Origin: Octopus vulgaris
Taxonomy: Eukaryota
NCBI GenBank assembly: GCA_951406725.2
Contig: OX597829.1
Coordinates: forward strand, 49,476,001-49,540,000
Length of the DNA stretch: 64,000 nt
Reading direction: 5' to 3'
Shown here piece by piece: positions 40,435 through 54,085 of this stretch. The first letter of the stretch is position 1. Every line of letters begins with the position of its first letter. The notes under the pieces were generated by a model. That model had not been told where the DNA came from, made no database searches, and saw only the letters and a program-made list of their open reading frames with translations. The position numbers and the translations under genes were made by a program.

Positions 40435-40785
40435 GATCTTAAGAGGAAAATAGGGCTAGAGAGAAAATGCCTGACTGTGAAAACGGTTTGGAAATCGATG
40501 GAAGAATGTAGCACGGATGTTGCGTGTGGATGGAACCTCATGAATGCGACACAGGGTGTAACTCAGGTATCAGTGGCGAGGCGGGGTTCGTGGGGTCAGA
40601 ATTAAACCCGCCCCCCCCACTCCATCCGTAATGTCTTCCGGTCTGTCCTACCATTCGATTTTATCATATTTTCTTATTTTTGTAAAATTTTTAATGTCAT
40701 CTTTTTTGTATAATCATTCGCTCATCTGACCCCAAAATCAGATTGTATTGTTCCCTCTTTGTTGGCCCCTTGGGGGTAATAAAAA
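40435..40785 (+). mobile_element. L1/Tx1-like LINE 3' end
   Basis: KRKIGLERKCL..NRWKNVARMLRVDG; related decayed copy 52520-52900 (-). Confidence 0.55.
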
Positions 40786-41152
40786 AATCATCGTTTATTA
40801 GCTGATGAAATTAGTTATATATTTATGATCATTTCTTGAAGTTCAACCAATTGTAGTAACAGGGGTGTTAAGCTTGTAACAAAAAAAAAGTTTTAAAATA
40901 ATTGATTATTCCCACTCCCTGTCTCGCACACGCTCTCACAATCATCATTGGCTAATACTGAGCAGGGTCAGAGTAAGGGTAGGACGAGAGTTAAAATATT
41001 ACTATATAAGTCTATTTCTTCATTGTCCACAGAACAGACAAAGGGATTACGTCGACCCCCCGGTTCTAACTTATTTAATCCACACCGACGGGATGAAGAG
41101 CAAAGATGACCTGTGCTGACGAAATACCGCTAAGACCGGCAAGCTAACCTTG

Positions 41153-42974
41153 CTGCCAGCTAGCCGCCCTTTATTACTCTATATATCGCTAAGACCAATG
41201 GTTGCAGAGTAGGAAGACAAGAATAACAATGGTAAGTTTCGTATCGTTTCATTCGCATCTGTTACACTACAAAAGAGGGAATCGACTTTTGAATATGGTA
41301 ATATATTTGTACTCATTTAGAAAATGTTTCCGTTAATTTTATTTGTTATATTTATACATTTTTTAAATCTTTAGTAAATTCCTTTTAGTAATTTTTTTAA
41401 AATTGAATAATCCCCTGGGTCGTAATGTGATCTGTGCGATATTGCCGAAAGCAAAAAAAAAAAAAAAAAAAAAAAATCATGTAAACGCATGAAAAAATAT
41501 AAAAGGAAATCTATACAAAACTTTTGAAACGTTACATAAAAAAATATCTACAGTTGGTTTGTTGCTGATAAAATAATTTATGGAAGCGTTATGATCCGGA
41601 GCTACACAACAACGACTAAGAATGGCAAAACTTAGCGATACGGTTTCAAATCTCACAACGAAGAGATGTCTATTGAAAGCATTATTGCTCCCTACTCACG
41701 TCACGTGTTCACTTTTAACCCATTAAAAACCCTTTTTACAAAGCGGTACTTAATTTTAATTCTGTCTACAATACCCATTTTCTAGTCTTCAGAATTCTCT
41801 TTAGAATTACATAATTTAAAGAAACATTCTTAAATTCGTATTTAAATAAATTGTTAGATTTTACTAATATTTTTTTGTTTTAGCATTCAGTTATTGAATA
41901 TAATCCTTTTTATAGCGGAATTGTAATATTTACTGGGTGTAGGTTTTCCATGTCTACCTCACCGATTTTAGTTCTAACGTTACCACAATCCAAATCATTA
42001 ACATAAAGGCAACATGCTGCTTTTTTCATTCCGGAATCTTTTAAACCAATTTTATGTAATGCCTTGGAAGACCTATGGCTGTCCTTTGTCACCAACATGA
42101 ATCCTCTACTTAGAGAGACAGTTTATTTGACAAGGGGGTCCACATGGCTAACAGTAAGTTCATTTACAATGTTGAGCCCCAGCTATGCTACAAGTCACTT
42201 ACTCAAAATGTCCTGAAGTGGTATTGAAATGAGTCATGGAACTGCAAACTTAAACGCACAGCTATGCATGAATGTTGCTTAAAATAATTGTGTGTGCTGA
42301 ATAATTCATTTGAATTTGTAAAGATTTTCGTGCTGTTATCGTTTAGGTCTCGGAGGGGAGGCGTGTTTCAGCTATTTCAATTCTCGTTAGAACCATTGTA
42401 AATGTTCTGATTTTTTTTTTTTTTGACTAGGTTAACCCCCAGAAGACTTGGTTGTAAAAAAAAATTGTTCAAGCTTTCTTTCCTTCATCCTAGCATTTTG
42501 CCAGACGTAGTCTTCGCAATGTAATGCGACATTATAATCGATACGGTTCAGTATGAAGGAATTCAACTGTTATTTCTAGCAGGTGACAAACCACGATAAT
42601 GTTCCGTCTTCGGTTCGATTGCTATTTTTGTACCATCTTTGAATTTCTACTCAAACCATTCTATACAATATTCCTATTTTTCTTTCGCCTACAGCTAGTG
42701 AATTCTCCTCATATAGGAGGGGCTAGAGTTAAAATGAAGTACACATGCTGGAAACTCCAGGTAAGCCTTCAACGTACTTTAAGCAGACTCTGGGAAACGT
42801 GTTCCTTGAGCCAGATTTGACTTAGACCCCACGGTTGTAAAATATAAACGTTTCAAATTTTCTTTTTCAATCAAGCAAATTGACAATCCGCGCATTTAGT
42901 GTTTTGCTTAATCAATCATCTGTATTGTCTCTTTTGGAAAAGAGCTCAAAGGAAATTCATGACAAAATGAAGCA
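41153..42974. repeat. left arm of ~1.8-kb inverted repeat
   Basis: Reverse complement of 45680-47508. Confidence 0.95.
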
Positions 42975-44009
42975 GTCGGTCCTTTTCATTGTTATATCTT
43001 TAAACATCGTTAAATACATATTTTTCTGAAATATTGGAAAATATTTCAAAATTGTATTGTACAGCAGAACTGAGAGCAAGATGTAACTATAATCTCAGTT
43101 AAACGCAAGCAAGTCACTAAAATTCTGTTATAAATTTATCCGTTATTTGAATGTAATTCTGTGAAATTAATTTCGTGTTGTACGTAAAACTACCTTTTTG
43201 TTATAGAATTAGGACTTTTGATTAAACGACTGATAAAGCAAATCCCAGTAAAATTTAATTTGTAATCTGTAAATTTCATATTATTTTGGTTATAAGAACA
43301 TCTTTATTTTTTTCAATGATTGTATTGACATTGCCGGTTTGATATGATGCGATTATTGCTCAATATCTTATTTTGCAGATGAAATACTTGTTGGAAAATA
43401 AATACAAACAATTATTACAGTCGGATCGACCAATCACTTCATTGACCGATGTGTGAACAATGCTTCAGCCTGCAAGTCTTCTTGATTTTCCAGTCTTAGT
43501 GGTGTCGCTGGTTCGGGATTTGTAGCTTTTTTTAATGATGCATCTGGTAGCAGACTTCAAGGACAAAACTAAATTGAAACCTTCAGTTTATCTATCATCA
43601 CTACAGCTGTTGTAGAATAGAATTGTTCGGCTGTACTCAATGCATGAAGTGTCATTGTTGGGGTGCCAAGGCTCAATCTAGAGCCATCCGCGGGAGTTTG
43701 CTAGTAAATAATACGATTTAATATTTTCTAACGGAAACTGTAGCCTCGAGTAGGGTAGCAAGTTTGTAAGAAAGTCATTTAAATCGACATTAAGAGATGA
43801 TTCAACATAGAAATGCAGTAATCGAGAGCACGACCTGAGCAATTAGAACATTTTAGTGCATTAACGTTGTGTACCCAACATCTAAAATGTTTTTTACATA
43901 TTTCATAAAATGTTTCATGGGCAATTAGAATAGTCTAAATTGGCATGAGTAGTTGTCATCAATGACCTTCTGAAACACATGATACTGATTTGGTTCAACA
44001 GATATTTCA

Positions 44010-44560
44010 TTTTTTGTCACGGGGACCCAATATAGAAGCGGCGGCACAAGGACAGAATTTTCTTTATTTGGCACCACGGCCACAATACAGGTGGGGAGCA
44101 GTACAAGAACAGACATAACACCACAATTGGGATATAAAACATAAAACGGATGAGAATGAAATGTTATATAAAAAAAAAAGGAAAAATGAAATGGCTGCAT
44201 GGGCCCCATTCCCATGCAGTACCATTTGAACGTTTATACACACTATTTACAATCGTTCTATTTTTCTATTGTTTTTTCTTAATCATCTTTTTTTCTTTTG
44301 TTTTCCATTGAAACGCATTTACTTTTTCCTTTTTTTTCTTTCAACAAAACAATTTTACTTTTTCCCATTTTATATCTGATGAAAGGCTCCACGTCTCTGA
44401 GTTCAAGTACGGGTGGCAGTTCATCGAACTCCACCAACACTCCGGGCGGATCAATCTTGTTTCCGAACATATCTACTTGTCTATTGTATGTGTCTTTGTC
44501 GACCACAATGGGCTTTATATTTTCTTAATATATATCAGTGGGCAAATTCACACTTGTGAT
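44010..44560 (-). mobile_element. probable LINE 3' end (unrecognised ORF tail plus UTR)
   Basis: ORF tail ..DPPGVLVEFDELPPVLELRDVEPFIRYK; UTR resembling the other L1/Tx1-type tails. Confidence 0.35.
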
Positions 44561-44564
44561 GGGT

Positions 44565-45660
44565 CCTGGTTAAACAGGGGCTCATTGTTTTGAACACTTT
44601 GTCGCAGTTCTTCCATTTTGTATCCTGTTTCTTACAAAATATCTGTTCATTTGTCCAGTGTCTCTGTTCGGCTTTCGCAGAAGACAATTGCTGAGATCTC
44701 TTTAAGATCACTTAGCTTTCAATTTCACAGAGAGCTAAATTTTAGGATTCATTTCCAATTCTGGATGAAGAATATCCTCGCTGAGTCTCTTGATATTTTT
44801 CCCAAAGAGTAACTGGTTTGAAATTTCTTAGGCGGCAATCATTACTGCAAACAGATCTCTGGCTTGATTTGGAGAAATTGTTGCAGTTGCTTCCTCCAGA
44901 GTCATACTCTAATGATGATCATCTTCTGTAAGGCTAATCTCGATACATACTTGTATGTCTCTTGACAACCCCATCAATTGTTCTCAAGTCTTGAAATGAT
45001 GTTGGGTCCCTCATGTAATAAAGCAACAGTCTGAGAAAGAAGCATTCAGGATTTCTTGGATAGACTATATATACTCTTCCAAGTATATCTCCCATTTTGA
45101 TTCCAGATTCGGTTGGATGAGGTTCTTGCTTTTTCCTCTGCAATTTTCCAACCTTTGTAGGTGTAGGATTTGTAAACATCAGGGTAGAGGATTCTTCTTG
45201 CAAAGTCATCACAGTTCGAAAAATGCCTTTTAGTGTTATGTTCGTAGTAGTTTCAGCCAGTTCTCTTGCATTTTCTTCTATGAAGTAAACTCTTTGTTCA
45301 TTTTCCAAGTGAACTGACAGGTGCTGAAATGAAGGACTTCGGCCATAAATTGGAAAGCTAAGGATTGTCCAGGCAGCCTCAATGGAAGAGATGTATCCGC
45401 CTATTTGAAATTTTTGTATTTTATTTTCATTTTCCAGACCAGATACTGCTTAGTCAATTCCCTTGTTAATGTATTTACATACTTATTTAATTGACTTGCT
45501 ACTGTTGCAGTACTCTACATTTATGTGAGTACCAAATGCTTTGCCGAGTGGTGGGCAGAAAAGAAATAACCCACCGATTGTCAATGATAATAACTTGTTC
45601 TCTTTTGTTCAGAGTGGAAGTGTGACCCCCTTCTGGCTTTCTTGTATTTCGTATAGCCAT
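44565..45660 (-). pseudogene. Helitron RepHel fragment
   Basis: IDNRWV, HINVEYCNS.KSIK.VCKYINKG, YISSIEAAW.ILSFPI, LSVHLENEQRVYF, GRVYIVYPRNPECFFLRLLL, PTSFQDLRTIDG. Confidence 0.92.
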
Positions 45661-45679
45661 CGAGATCAGACTGTCTCTT

Positions 45680-47508
45680 TGCTTCATTTTGTCATGAATT
45701 TCCTTTGAGCGCTTTTCCAAAAGAGACAATACAGATGATTGATTAAGCAAATCATTAAATGCGCGGATTGTCAATTAGCTTAAGTGAAAAAGAAAATTTG
45801 AAACGTTTATACTTGACAACCGTGGGTTCTAAGTTAAATGTGGCTCTGGGAACGTTTCTCAGAATCAAACTGCTTAAAGTACGTTGAGGCCTTACTTGGG
45901 GCAATATAGTTTCCAACAGGAGTTCCCTATTTGAATACCCGCTTGTCCAATGTGGATGCAAATTCACTAGCTGTAGACGAAAGAAAAATAGGAATATTGT
46001 ATAGAATGGTTTGACTAGAAACTCAAAAGATGGTACAAAAATAGCAATCGAACCGAAGACGGAGCATTACCGTGGTTTGTCACCTGCTAGAAATAACAGT
46101 CGAATTCCTTCATACTGAACCGTATCGATTATAATGTCGCATTACATTGCGAAGACTACGTCTGGCAAAATGCTAGGATGAAGGAAGGAAAGCTTGAAAA
46201 TTTTTTTTTACAACCAAGTCTTCTGGGGGTTAACCTAGTCAAAAGTAACAAAAAAAAAAAAAAAAAAAAAAATCAGGACATTTACGATGGTTCTTCCGAG
46301 AATTGAAATAGCTGAAACACGTCTCCCCTCCGAGACCTAAACGATAACAGCACGAAAATCTTTACAAATTCAAGTGAATTATTCAGCACACACAATTATT
46401 TTAAGCAACATTCATGCATAGCTGTGCGTTTAAGTTTGCAGTTCCATGACTCATTTCGATACCACTTCAGGACATTTTGAGTAAGTGACTTGTAGCATAG
46501 CTGGGGCTCAACATTGTAAATGAACTTACTGTTAGCCATGTGGACCCCCTTGTCAAATAAACTGTCTCTCTAAGTAGAGGATTCATGTTGGTGACAAAGG
46601 ACAGCCATAGGTCTTCCTAGGAATTACATAAAATTGGTTTAAAAGATTCCGGAATGAAAAAAGCAGCATGTTGCCTTTATGTTAATGATTTGGATTGTGG
46701 TAACGTTAGAACTAAAATCGGTGCGGTAGACATGGAAAACCTACACCCAGTAAATATTACAATTCCGCTATAAAAAGGATTATATTCAATAACTGAATGC
46801 TAAAACAAAAAATATTAGTAAAATCTAACAATTTATTTAAATACGAATTTAAGAATGTTTCTTTAAATTATGTAATTCTAAAGAGAATTCTGAAGACTAA
46901 AAAATGGGTATTGTAGACAGAATTAAAATTAAGTACCGTTTTGTAAAAAGGTTTTTAATGGGTTAAAAGTGAACACGTGACGTGAGTAGGGAGCAATAAT
47001 GCTTTCAATAGACATCTCTTCGTTGTGAGATTTGAAACCATATCGCTAAGTTTTGCTATTCTTAGTCGTTGTTGTGTAGCTCCGGATCAAAACGCTTCCA
47101 TAAATTTTATCAGCAACAAACCAACAGTAAATATTTTTTTTATGTAACGTTTCTGGAGTTTTGTATAGATTTCCTTTTATATTTTTTCATGCGTTTACAT
47201 GATTTTTTTTTTCTTTTCGGCAATATCGCACAGATCACATTACGACCCAGGGGATTATTCAATTTTTAAAATTACTAAAAGGAATTTACTAAAGATTTAA
47301 AAAATGTATAAATATAACAAATAAAATTAACGGAAACATTTTCTAAATGAGTACAAATATATTACCATATTCAAAAGTCGATTCCCTCTTTTGTAGTGTA
47401 ACAGATGCGAATGAAACGATACGAAACTTACCATTGTTATTCTTGTCTTCCTACTCTGCAACCATTGGTCTTAGCGATATATAGTAATAAAGGGCGGCAA
47501 GCTGGCAG
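45680..47508. repeat. right arm of ~1.8-kb inverted repeat
   Basis: Reverse complement of 41153-42974. Confidence 0.95.
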
Positions 47509-47592
47509 AATCGTTAGCACGCCATGTTTGATGCTTCGTGTCCTTATTTTTTTTTTTCCGTCTTCGTATGTTGAATGGTTAAAGGTTACTCT

Positions 47593-48013
47593 TACTCTTT
47601 TTCTCTTTTATTTGTTTCAGTCGTTTGACTGCGGCCATGCTGGAGCACCGCCTTTAGTCGAGCAAATCGACCCCGGGACTTATTCTTTGTAAAGCCAGTA
47701 CTTATTCTATCGGTCTCTTTTGCCGAACCGCTAAGTGACGGGGACGTAAACACACCAGCATCGGTTGTCAAACAATGCTAGGGGGACAAACACAGACACA
47801 CAAACACACACACACACACACACATATGATATATATATATATATATATATATGACGGGCTTCTTTCAGTTTCCGTCTACCAAATCCACTCACAAGGCATT
47901 GGTCGGCCCGAGGCTATAGCAGAAGACACTTGCCCAAGATGCCACGCAGTGGGACTGAACCCGGAACCATGTGGCTGGTAAGCAAGCTACTTACCACACA
48001 GCCACTCCTGCGC
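47593..48013 (-). mobile_element. SINE family A
   Basis: Full-length copy. Confidence 0.9.
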
Positions 48014-48059
48014 CGGTTATATTTATTTATTTTATTTATTTATTTTTTTTTTTTTGTAA

Positions 48060-48900
48060 TTGTTTTGGGTTTTTGCTGTTCGCAGCGGTGGTGGTTTTTG
48101 AAAAATGGCAAGGAGGAACAGGTATTCTGACCTCAATGAGTCGAACCAAAGAAACGATAAAAACTTTTGAAAGGAAAACTATAACGTACAAGGTGTTTGC
48201 AAATGATAAAAGAAAAATGGCAACAGAATGGAAACCATAGAGGAGGCATTATGGACAATAGCAGAAAAGGTAATATTCCTGACAAGAGGGAATAAATACT
48301 GTACTGTCGTTGTACTGTTCTAACAGGAGGTAGTCGCTAGGAGGAGGGCATCAAGGACTATCGAAACAGAAAAAGTATTCCTTCTGCCACTGTATCTGGG
48401 AAGGAAGACTTCGAGGATCAGGGTGGGAGGAATCCCGCCCCAGATAGAAGCTGAATGGGTAGTGGCAGCCATCCTCATTGACAATGAGGTTATGGTAGAT
48501 ATACTACAGGCCACGATTACGGATGAAGGAAACTGAAAGGAGGAGTATTAGAGATGAGCATCCAGGCGGAACCTAAAGTTCTGGAGCGCTTAACAGAGGT
48601 GATCACGATGAGAGACATAAGTATGCGAGTATGGGTGGAAGGCAAAGCCCCTCGATGCTTTAAATGCGGCCTGAAAGGCCACATAAAAGCTAACTGTCCT
48701 CCACCAGCGAAAGAACCAACGAAGGAGTCCGTGAAAGCGATAGAAGATACCCGGGAGCCGCAAGAAGAACAGAGAAAGTTAGAAGAGAAGATGGAAGATA
48801 AAACAGTGGGAAACCAATGGTAAAAGGAAGAGAAAAAGAAAGAAGGCAAGTTATAATGAACCACAACGCACTACAGCACTACCCTCTTCGTCCCACCCTT
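48060..48900 (+). pseudogene. gag-like ORF1 relic (L1/Tx1-type LINE)
   Basis: CX2CX4HX4C knuckle VEGKAPRCFKCGLKGHIKANC; upstream frame RIRVGGIPP with frameshifts. Confidence 0.7.
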
Positions 48901-48989
48901 CCACCCTTATATACTGAGCTTCGTATATTTTACTCCACTTTGATGGCATGCACTGCTTTCTCAGTAATGGTTGTAAATTTTTCTAAAAG

Positions 48990-49152
48990 TGCAGCAATTT
49001 TGGAGGGGATGAGTCCATTACAGCGACCCCAGTGTTCAACTGGTACTTATTTTATCGACCCCGAAAGGATGAAAGGGGGAGTCGACCTCGGCGGGATTTG
49101 AACTCAGAAGCATTTCGTCCAGCGCAGTAACGATTATGTCAGCTCACCGCCA
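48990..49152 (-). mobile_element. SINE family B, diverged
   Basis: Core match. Confidence 0.7.
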
Positions 49153-49229
49153 TTATATAATAATAATTCTAATAATAAGTACTGCCCACATCCTTAGAAA
49201 AACCCTTTAAATATCTGGGAGGCTGTTAA

Positions 49230-52200
49230 GGATGAGTTACAGGGACGTTATAGAGCGAACCCTGATACTGTGGTAGGTGGACATGCAAGGGGAAATGAAC
49301 CAAGTCGATAAAGAATTGGTTGAAATTCAAAGACGACTGACCGACACGAATGCTCTAGAAGAAAAAAATCTCCATGAATATGAGAAGGGTAGATAGGAGT
49401 ATGATAAATAAAGTAACACAAAAGATAAATACTGTCAAACCATACATCCAGGATGAAGACATAACACAAACAAGGAATCTTCTCCGAGATATTGCGCTAC
49501 TTGTTGAGGAGAAATTGCAAGTTGAAAGAACAAAAATGGGGGAGCAAAAGAACCATGGTGGAAACGATGCATTAAAATGGATATAATGCGGGAAAGGCAA
49601 GATCTAGGAAGAATTGAGCAATGGTTAAGAGGAAACTGGAAAAATGGGGAAAAGACCGACCGAGAAAAATTAGAGAAGAAATATAAAATACGGAAGAACG
49701 GGTTTGATGCAGTAATAGAGCAGTTAAAACAGAGGATCATGGGAAAAAGCCAGAAGATCAGAAGATTTGTGAACAGAAAGAAACAGTTCGAGAAGATTGT
49801 TAAAAAATAACCCGAATCAATTCTTTCCAACGTTTGAAGGAGACAATGGGGAAAATGTTGCTCCTGATGCAAATCAAGCCAAGGAATTCTGGAGCGGATC
49901 ATGGGGAAACAATGTGGTGCATAAAAGGGATGCCATGTAAATAGGAACTATCAAGACAGAATTAGAAAGAGGAAAGAAACAGAGGAATATTGTCATAAGC
50001 AAGGGTGATGTGAAAGAACAAGTGGGTAGAGTGCCTAACTGGAAATCCCCCGGATCGGATGGGATTCATGGCTTCTGATTGAAGAGATGCATGAAAGACA
50101 AGCAGCCCAGTTGAATGAGTGTGTCCAGAATGGTACGGTCCCCCCGTGGATGGTGACTTGTAATGAAATGTAGAAGAAAGGGGAATATTGTGGGGAAACT
50201 ACCGTCCGATAGCATACCTAAACATAATCTGGAAGATACTCACTGGAATATGTGCGGCAAAGACATATACTTTCTGGGCACAGGAAGAAATACTACCAAG
50301 AGAACTGAAAGGATGTAGGAAGAGTTCTCAGGGTTCCAAGGATCACCTGGTCATCGATAAAACAGTTTTGAGGCATTGTAAAAAAACATCATACAAACAT
50401 GTCTAAGGCTTGGATTGATTTTAAGAAGGCATAGGATATGGTGCCTCATTCTTGGATCGTTGAATGCCTGCAGATGTTTGGTGTTGCTGACAACATCACA
50501 AATTTTCTGATGCATAGAGTGAAAGAGTGGAAAACTAAATTGTATTCAAGAAATGTATTCCTTGGAGAAGTTAATATTAAAAGAGGAATCTTCCAAGGTG
50601 ACTCATTTCCTCCGTAACTTTTCGTAATTGCACCAATACCCATAACAATGACACTTAGGAAAGTTAAGATGAGTTTCCCGATGTGGGAAAAAAGACCCAT
50701 CATTGAACCATTTTCTGTTTATGGATGACCTGAAATTGTTTGGGAAATCTGAAAAAGATTCCTTAACCAAAACAGTTCAGAAGTATGGTAGGAGACCATG
50801 GTGTGGTATTTGGGATTGGCAAATGCTCAGTACTTAATAATGAAAAGGGGGATGAAAGCAGCCTACAGAGGATTGCGATTACCATCAGGAGAGATTATGG
50901 GTGAACCCGACGGTAGTGGGTTTAGATATTTAAGGATTTTGGAGCTGGATGAGCTTTTACAGAGAAATGAAAGTCAAGGTCAGCGTGGCGTATCATAAAA
51001 AGGTTGAAGATTGTGTTGAAATCCAACCTGAATGCCAAAGCTTTGATTACCGCAATGAATATCTGAGCAGTCGCGGTGGTCAGATACAGTGCGTCCATCC
51101 TCAAATGGACTAAGGAAGATATATCAACACTGGATAGAAGGAGGAGAAATTTGATGACGCTCCATGGAGCGCTTCACCCTAAAGCAAACGTAAACGGACT
51201 GTATATAAAGAGAGAATGGTGTCAGAGAACTAATTAGTATAGACCATTGAGTAAGGAGTGAAAGGAGAATTCTTGCCGAGTATTTGATAAATAGTGAAGA
51301 CTTCTTGCAATATGCCGCGAATCATATGGGCGTAAATGCAGATGAAATGATGGGCAAGGAAGAATTTAACCAAAAGGCTGAGGAGAAGAGAAAAGAAGAC
51401 CTTCTTGAAATGAGAATGCATGGACAGTTTGAAAGGAATACATAAGACGTTAAGGATAAAACAGCATGGCTTGAGTGAGGTGATTTGATGTGCACCACCG
51501 AAAGCCTGATCAGTGCTGCACAAGACCAGGCTTTCTCTGCCAATTCAGTGCAGTATAACATCTATAAAACTTCTGACACCCAGAAATGCAGACTCTGTGG
51601 AAAGAGTGTGGAAAATGTGATCCACTTGGTAAGTGGATGTGAGAGCCTTGCACAAAAAGAATACAAACGCCTCCACGATAAAGTGTGTATCTTCATTGGC
51701 TCTTATGTCATAAATACCAATATGAAGTAACAGAATTGGTATGAGCTTGTACCAAGTAAAGTTATGCAGGAGGATGGAAAAGTAACGATACTCTAGGACT
51801 GTGATTTTCAAACGGATCATATAATCGAACACCGTCGGTCGGATGTTTTCATATTGAATAAGAGACAAATACTGTCAGTTCATTGATGTAGCCATACCAA
51901 ATGACATGAATGTTGTGAGTAAAGAGGTTGAAAGAAATCACCAAGTACTCCGAATTGAAAGTGGAAATGGCAAGACTGTATGGAATGCGAGAGGGTAATG
52001 TAAAAGTGATACCAGTAGTAATCGGAGCGTTGGGCTCAATCCCATTGAAACTTCAAGACTTCTTAAGGCAACTGGAAATCCCATGCAAGATTGATGTCTT
52101 GTAAAATGCATCCTTATTGGGCACAGCGCACAGCGCACATCTTATGGAAAGTATCTGTCTGAGGTCCTTGTGACTTGAAAGATGACTAAAGACTCCGGTA
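49230..52200 (+). pseudogene. R4/Dong-type non-LTR retrotransposon (RT, zinc knuckle, RLE), inactivated
   Basis: WKSPGSDG, NYRPIA, WIDFKKA*D.VPH, GIFQGDS, FMDDLKLF, AAQDQ, CRLC..HLVSGC, IDVAIP, PVVIGALG with many stops and frameshifts. Confidence 0.92.
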
Positions 52201-52519
52201 CATTTTTACCTACACTATTACGAAGGAATAATAAGTTCTGCCCGCTACTGCCCCTGCCACTACCCCTCCCCAAGCTTTCAGTCATACTGTAACATCTCTT
52301 ATCCTTCACTCGCCCTAGGACGCTGGGTGCGACTCGGCAAGTGATTGCAACAAACATGCAGATTAAAAGTAAATAAAAATGATTCTTCATTGAATACTAA
52401 GAGTTGGTTCAAAGATCAAAGACGGTATATGACTATACAATACAATATATGATGTGGGTTTTCAAGAATGAATTTAAACAGTAAAATTTTAAAAAAATTT
52501 AAGCAGCAAAATTCCCCAG

Positions 52520-52900
52520 AAGGGTGCGAGCTACTCCTGGAAACCCCATAAAACCACGGTCGCCACAAGGCCAACTGTAATCTCCCTATTTTCCTTGTTC
52601 AATCTACGGGTGCATTCTCAAAGCAAGCCCATTCACTCGGGTTATTCTTGTCTCATTCACCCACTTTTCAATTAATTTACTGGAAGGCAGCAGTTACCTT
52701 TCCATCCTCACCTTTTTCACTTGAAAATTTGAAAAAAATTGATGAGGGCATGGCCAAAGAGTAAACCGTCTTTCTGCAGCCCTTTTCAATCAGGTTCAAC
52801 ACAAACCTCATTTGCTATGTTTACCAGACAGATAAGCATTTTTTTTAACCCTTCAGGTCAAAAGTGGGTGCTCCAACCCCAGCTCAGAAAAAGGACATCT
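52520..52900 (-). mobile_element. L1/Tx1-like LINE 3' end
   Basis: FFKF..KVRMER..IEKWVNETRITRVNG. Confidence 0.5.
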
Positions 52901-53004
52901 CTGAAAACGCCTTGAGAAATTGAACAAATATAAGGAAATTGAGATAAGAATCAGAAGGATGTAACTTGTCAATGCAACAACGTAACCCATTGTTACACGG
53001 TTAC

Positions 53005-53237
53005 AGGCGGCGAGCTGGCAGAAACGTTAGCGCGCCGGGCGAAATGCGTAGCCGTATTTCGTCTGTCGTTACGTTCTGAGTTCAAATTCCGCCGAGGTCG
53101 ACTTTGCCTTTCATCCTTTCGGGGTCGATAAATTAAGTACCAGTTACGCACTGGGGTCGATGTAATCGACTTAATACCTATGTCTGTCCTTGTTTGTCCC
53201 CTCTGTCTTTAGCCCCTTGTGGGTAATAAAGAAATAG
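53005..53237 (+). mobile_element. SINE family B
   Basis: Full-length copy. Confidence 0.9.
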
Positions 53238-53243
53238 GTACTC

Positions 53244-53532
53244 GTGAAAGCGCATGACTCAGTGGTTAGAGCGTTGGGATCACAATCATCAGGTAGTGAG
53301 TTCGATTCCCGGATCGGGCTGAGTGTTTTTTTTTTTTCACGTTGCTCCAGTTCACTCAGCCGTATCCGCCTTTGCTTTCCCTTGAAGAACATCGGTGACA
53401 TGGAGAGATGAGGCTGGTATGCATGGGTTATTCCTGGTCTTCCATAAACAAACCTTGTCTGGACTTGTGCCTTGGATGGAGGGAAACTTTATTGGTGCAA
53501 TCCTCTGGTCATTCATCACCAAAGGGAGTCTT
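53244..53532 (+). mobile_element. SINE family E
   Basis: Matches 35869-36178. Confidence 0.75.
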
Positions 53533-54047
53533 TATCCTTTTATCGGGGTACTTAGAATGATACTAACATGAACAAAACAAATACAGAGACCTAATTCTTT
53601 GCAGCCCCAAAATAAATTAATAGCAAACGATCGTACTTATTGGTACCTCACATAGTTCATGTAAATTCCTGGCCCAGTAAATGCAAATTAATTCATTCGG
53701 TTGTATCGTAAATCGTATTTGTTGAAAACAGACATCAATTTTTTCAGTTGCATCAATTTTCACTATTCTTTATTTTTGTTTGTTTGGTTGTTTTATTTCT
53801 CATTTATTTGTTTCAGTCATTAGAGTGCGGTCATGCGGGGGTGGGGGTGGGGGTATATACCAAACCAACCGGAAGTCGGGTAAATAGATGAATTTTAAAT
53901 GTAGATCAAAAAGTCGGTGTAGCTCACAAACTACACCATTTGAACTAATGTAGATCACAAGCTATACCAGAAACATGTATATAGATCACATACTAAACCG
54001 GCACCAATACATATGAATATCCATCTCTCTCTCACATGATATATATA

Positions 54048-54082
<35 letters not shown>

Positions 54083-54085
<3 letters not shown>

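Noticed and set aside
53865-53940. ccggaagt and actaca promoter-like motifs (also gcgcatgcg at ~57860)
   Set aside because: Short motifs expected by chance; no linked gene start
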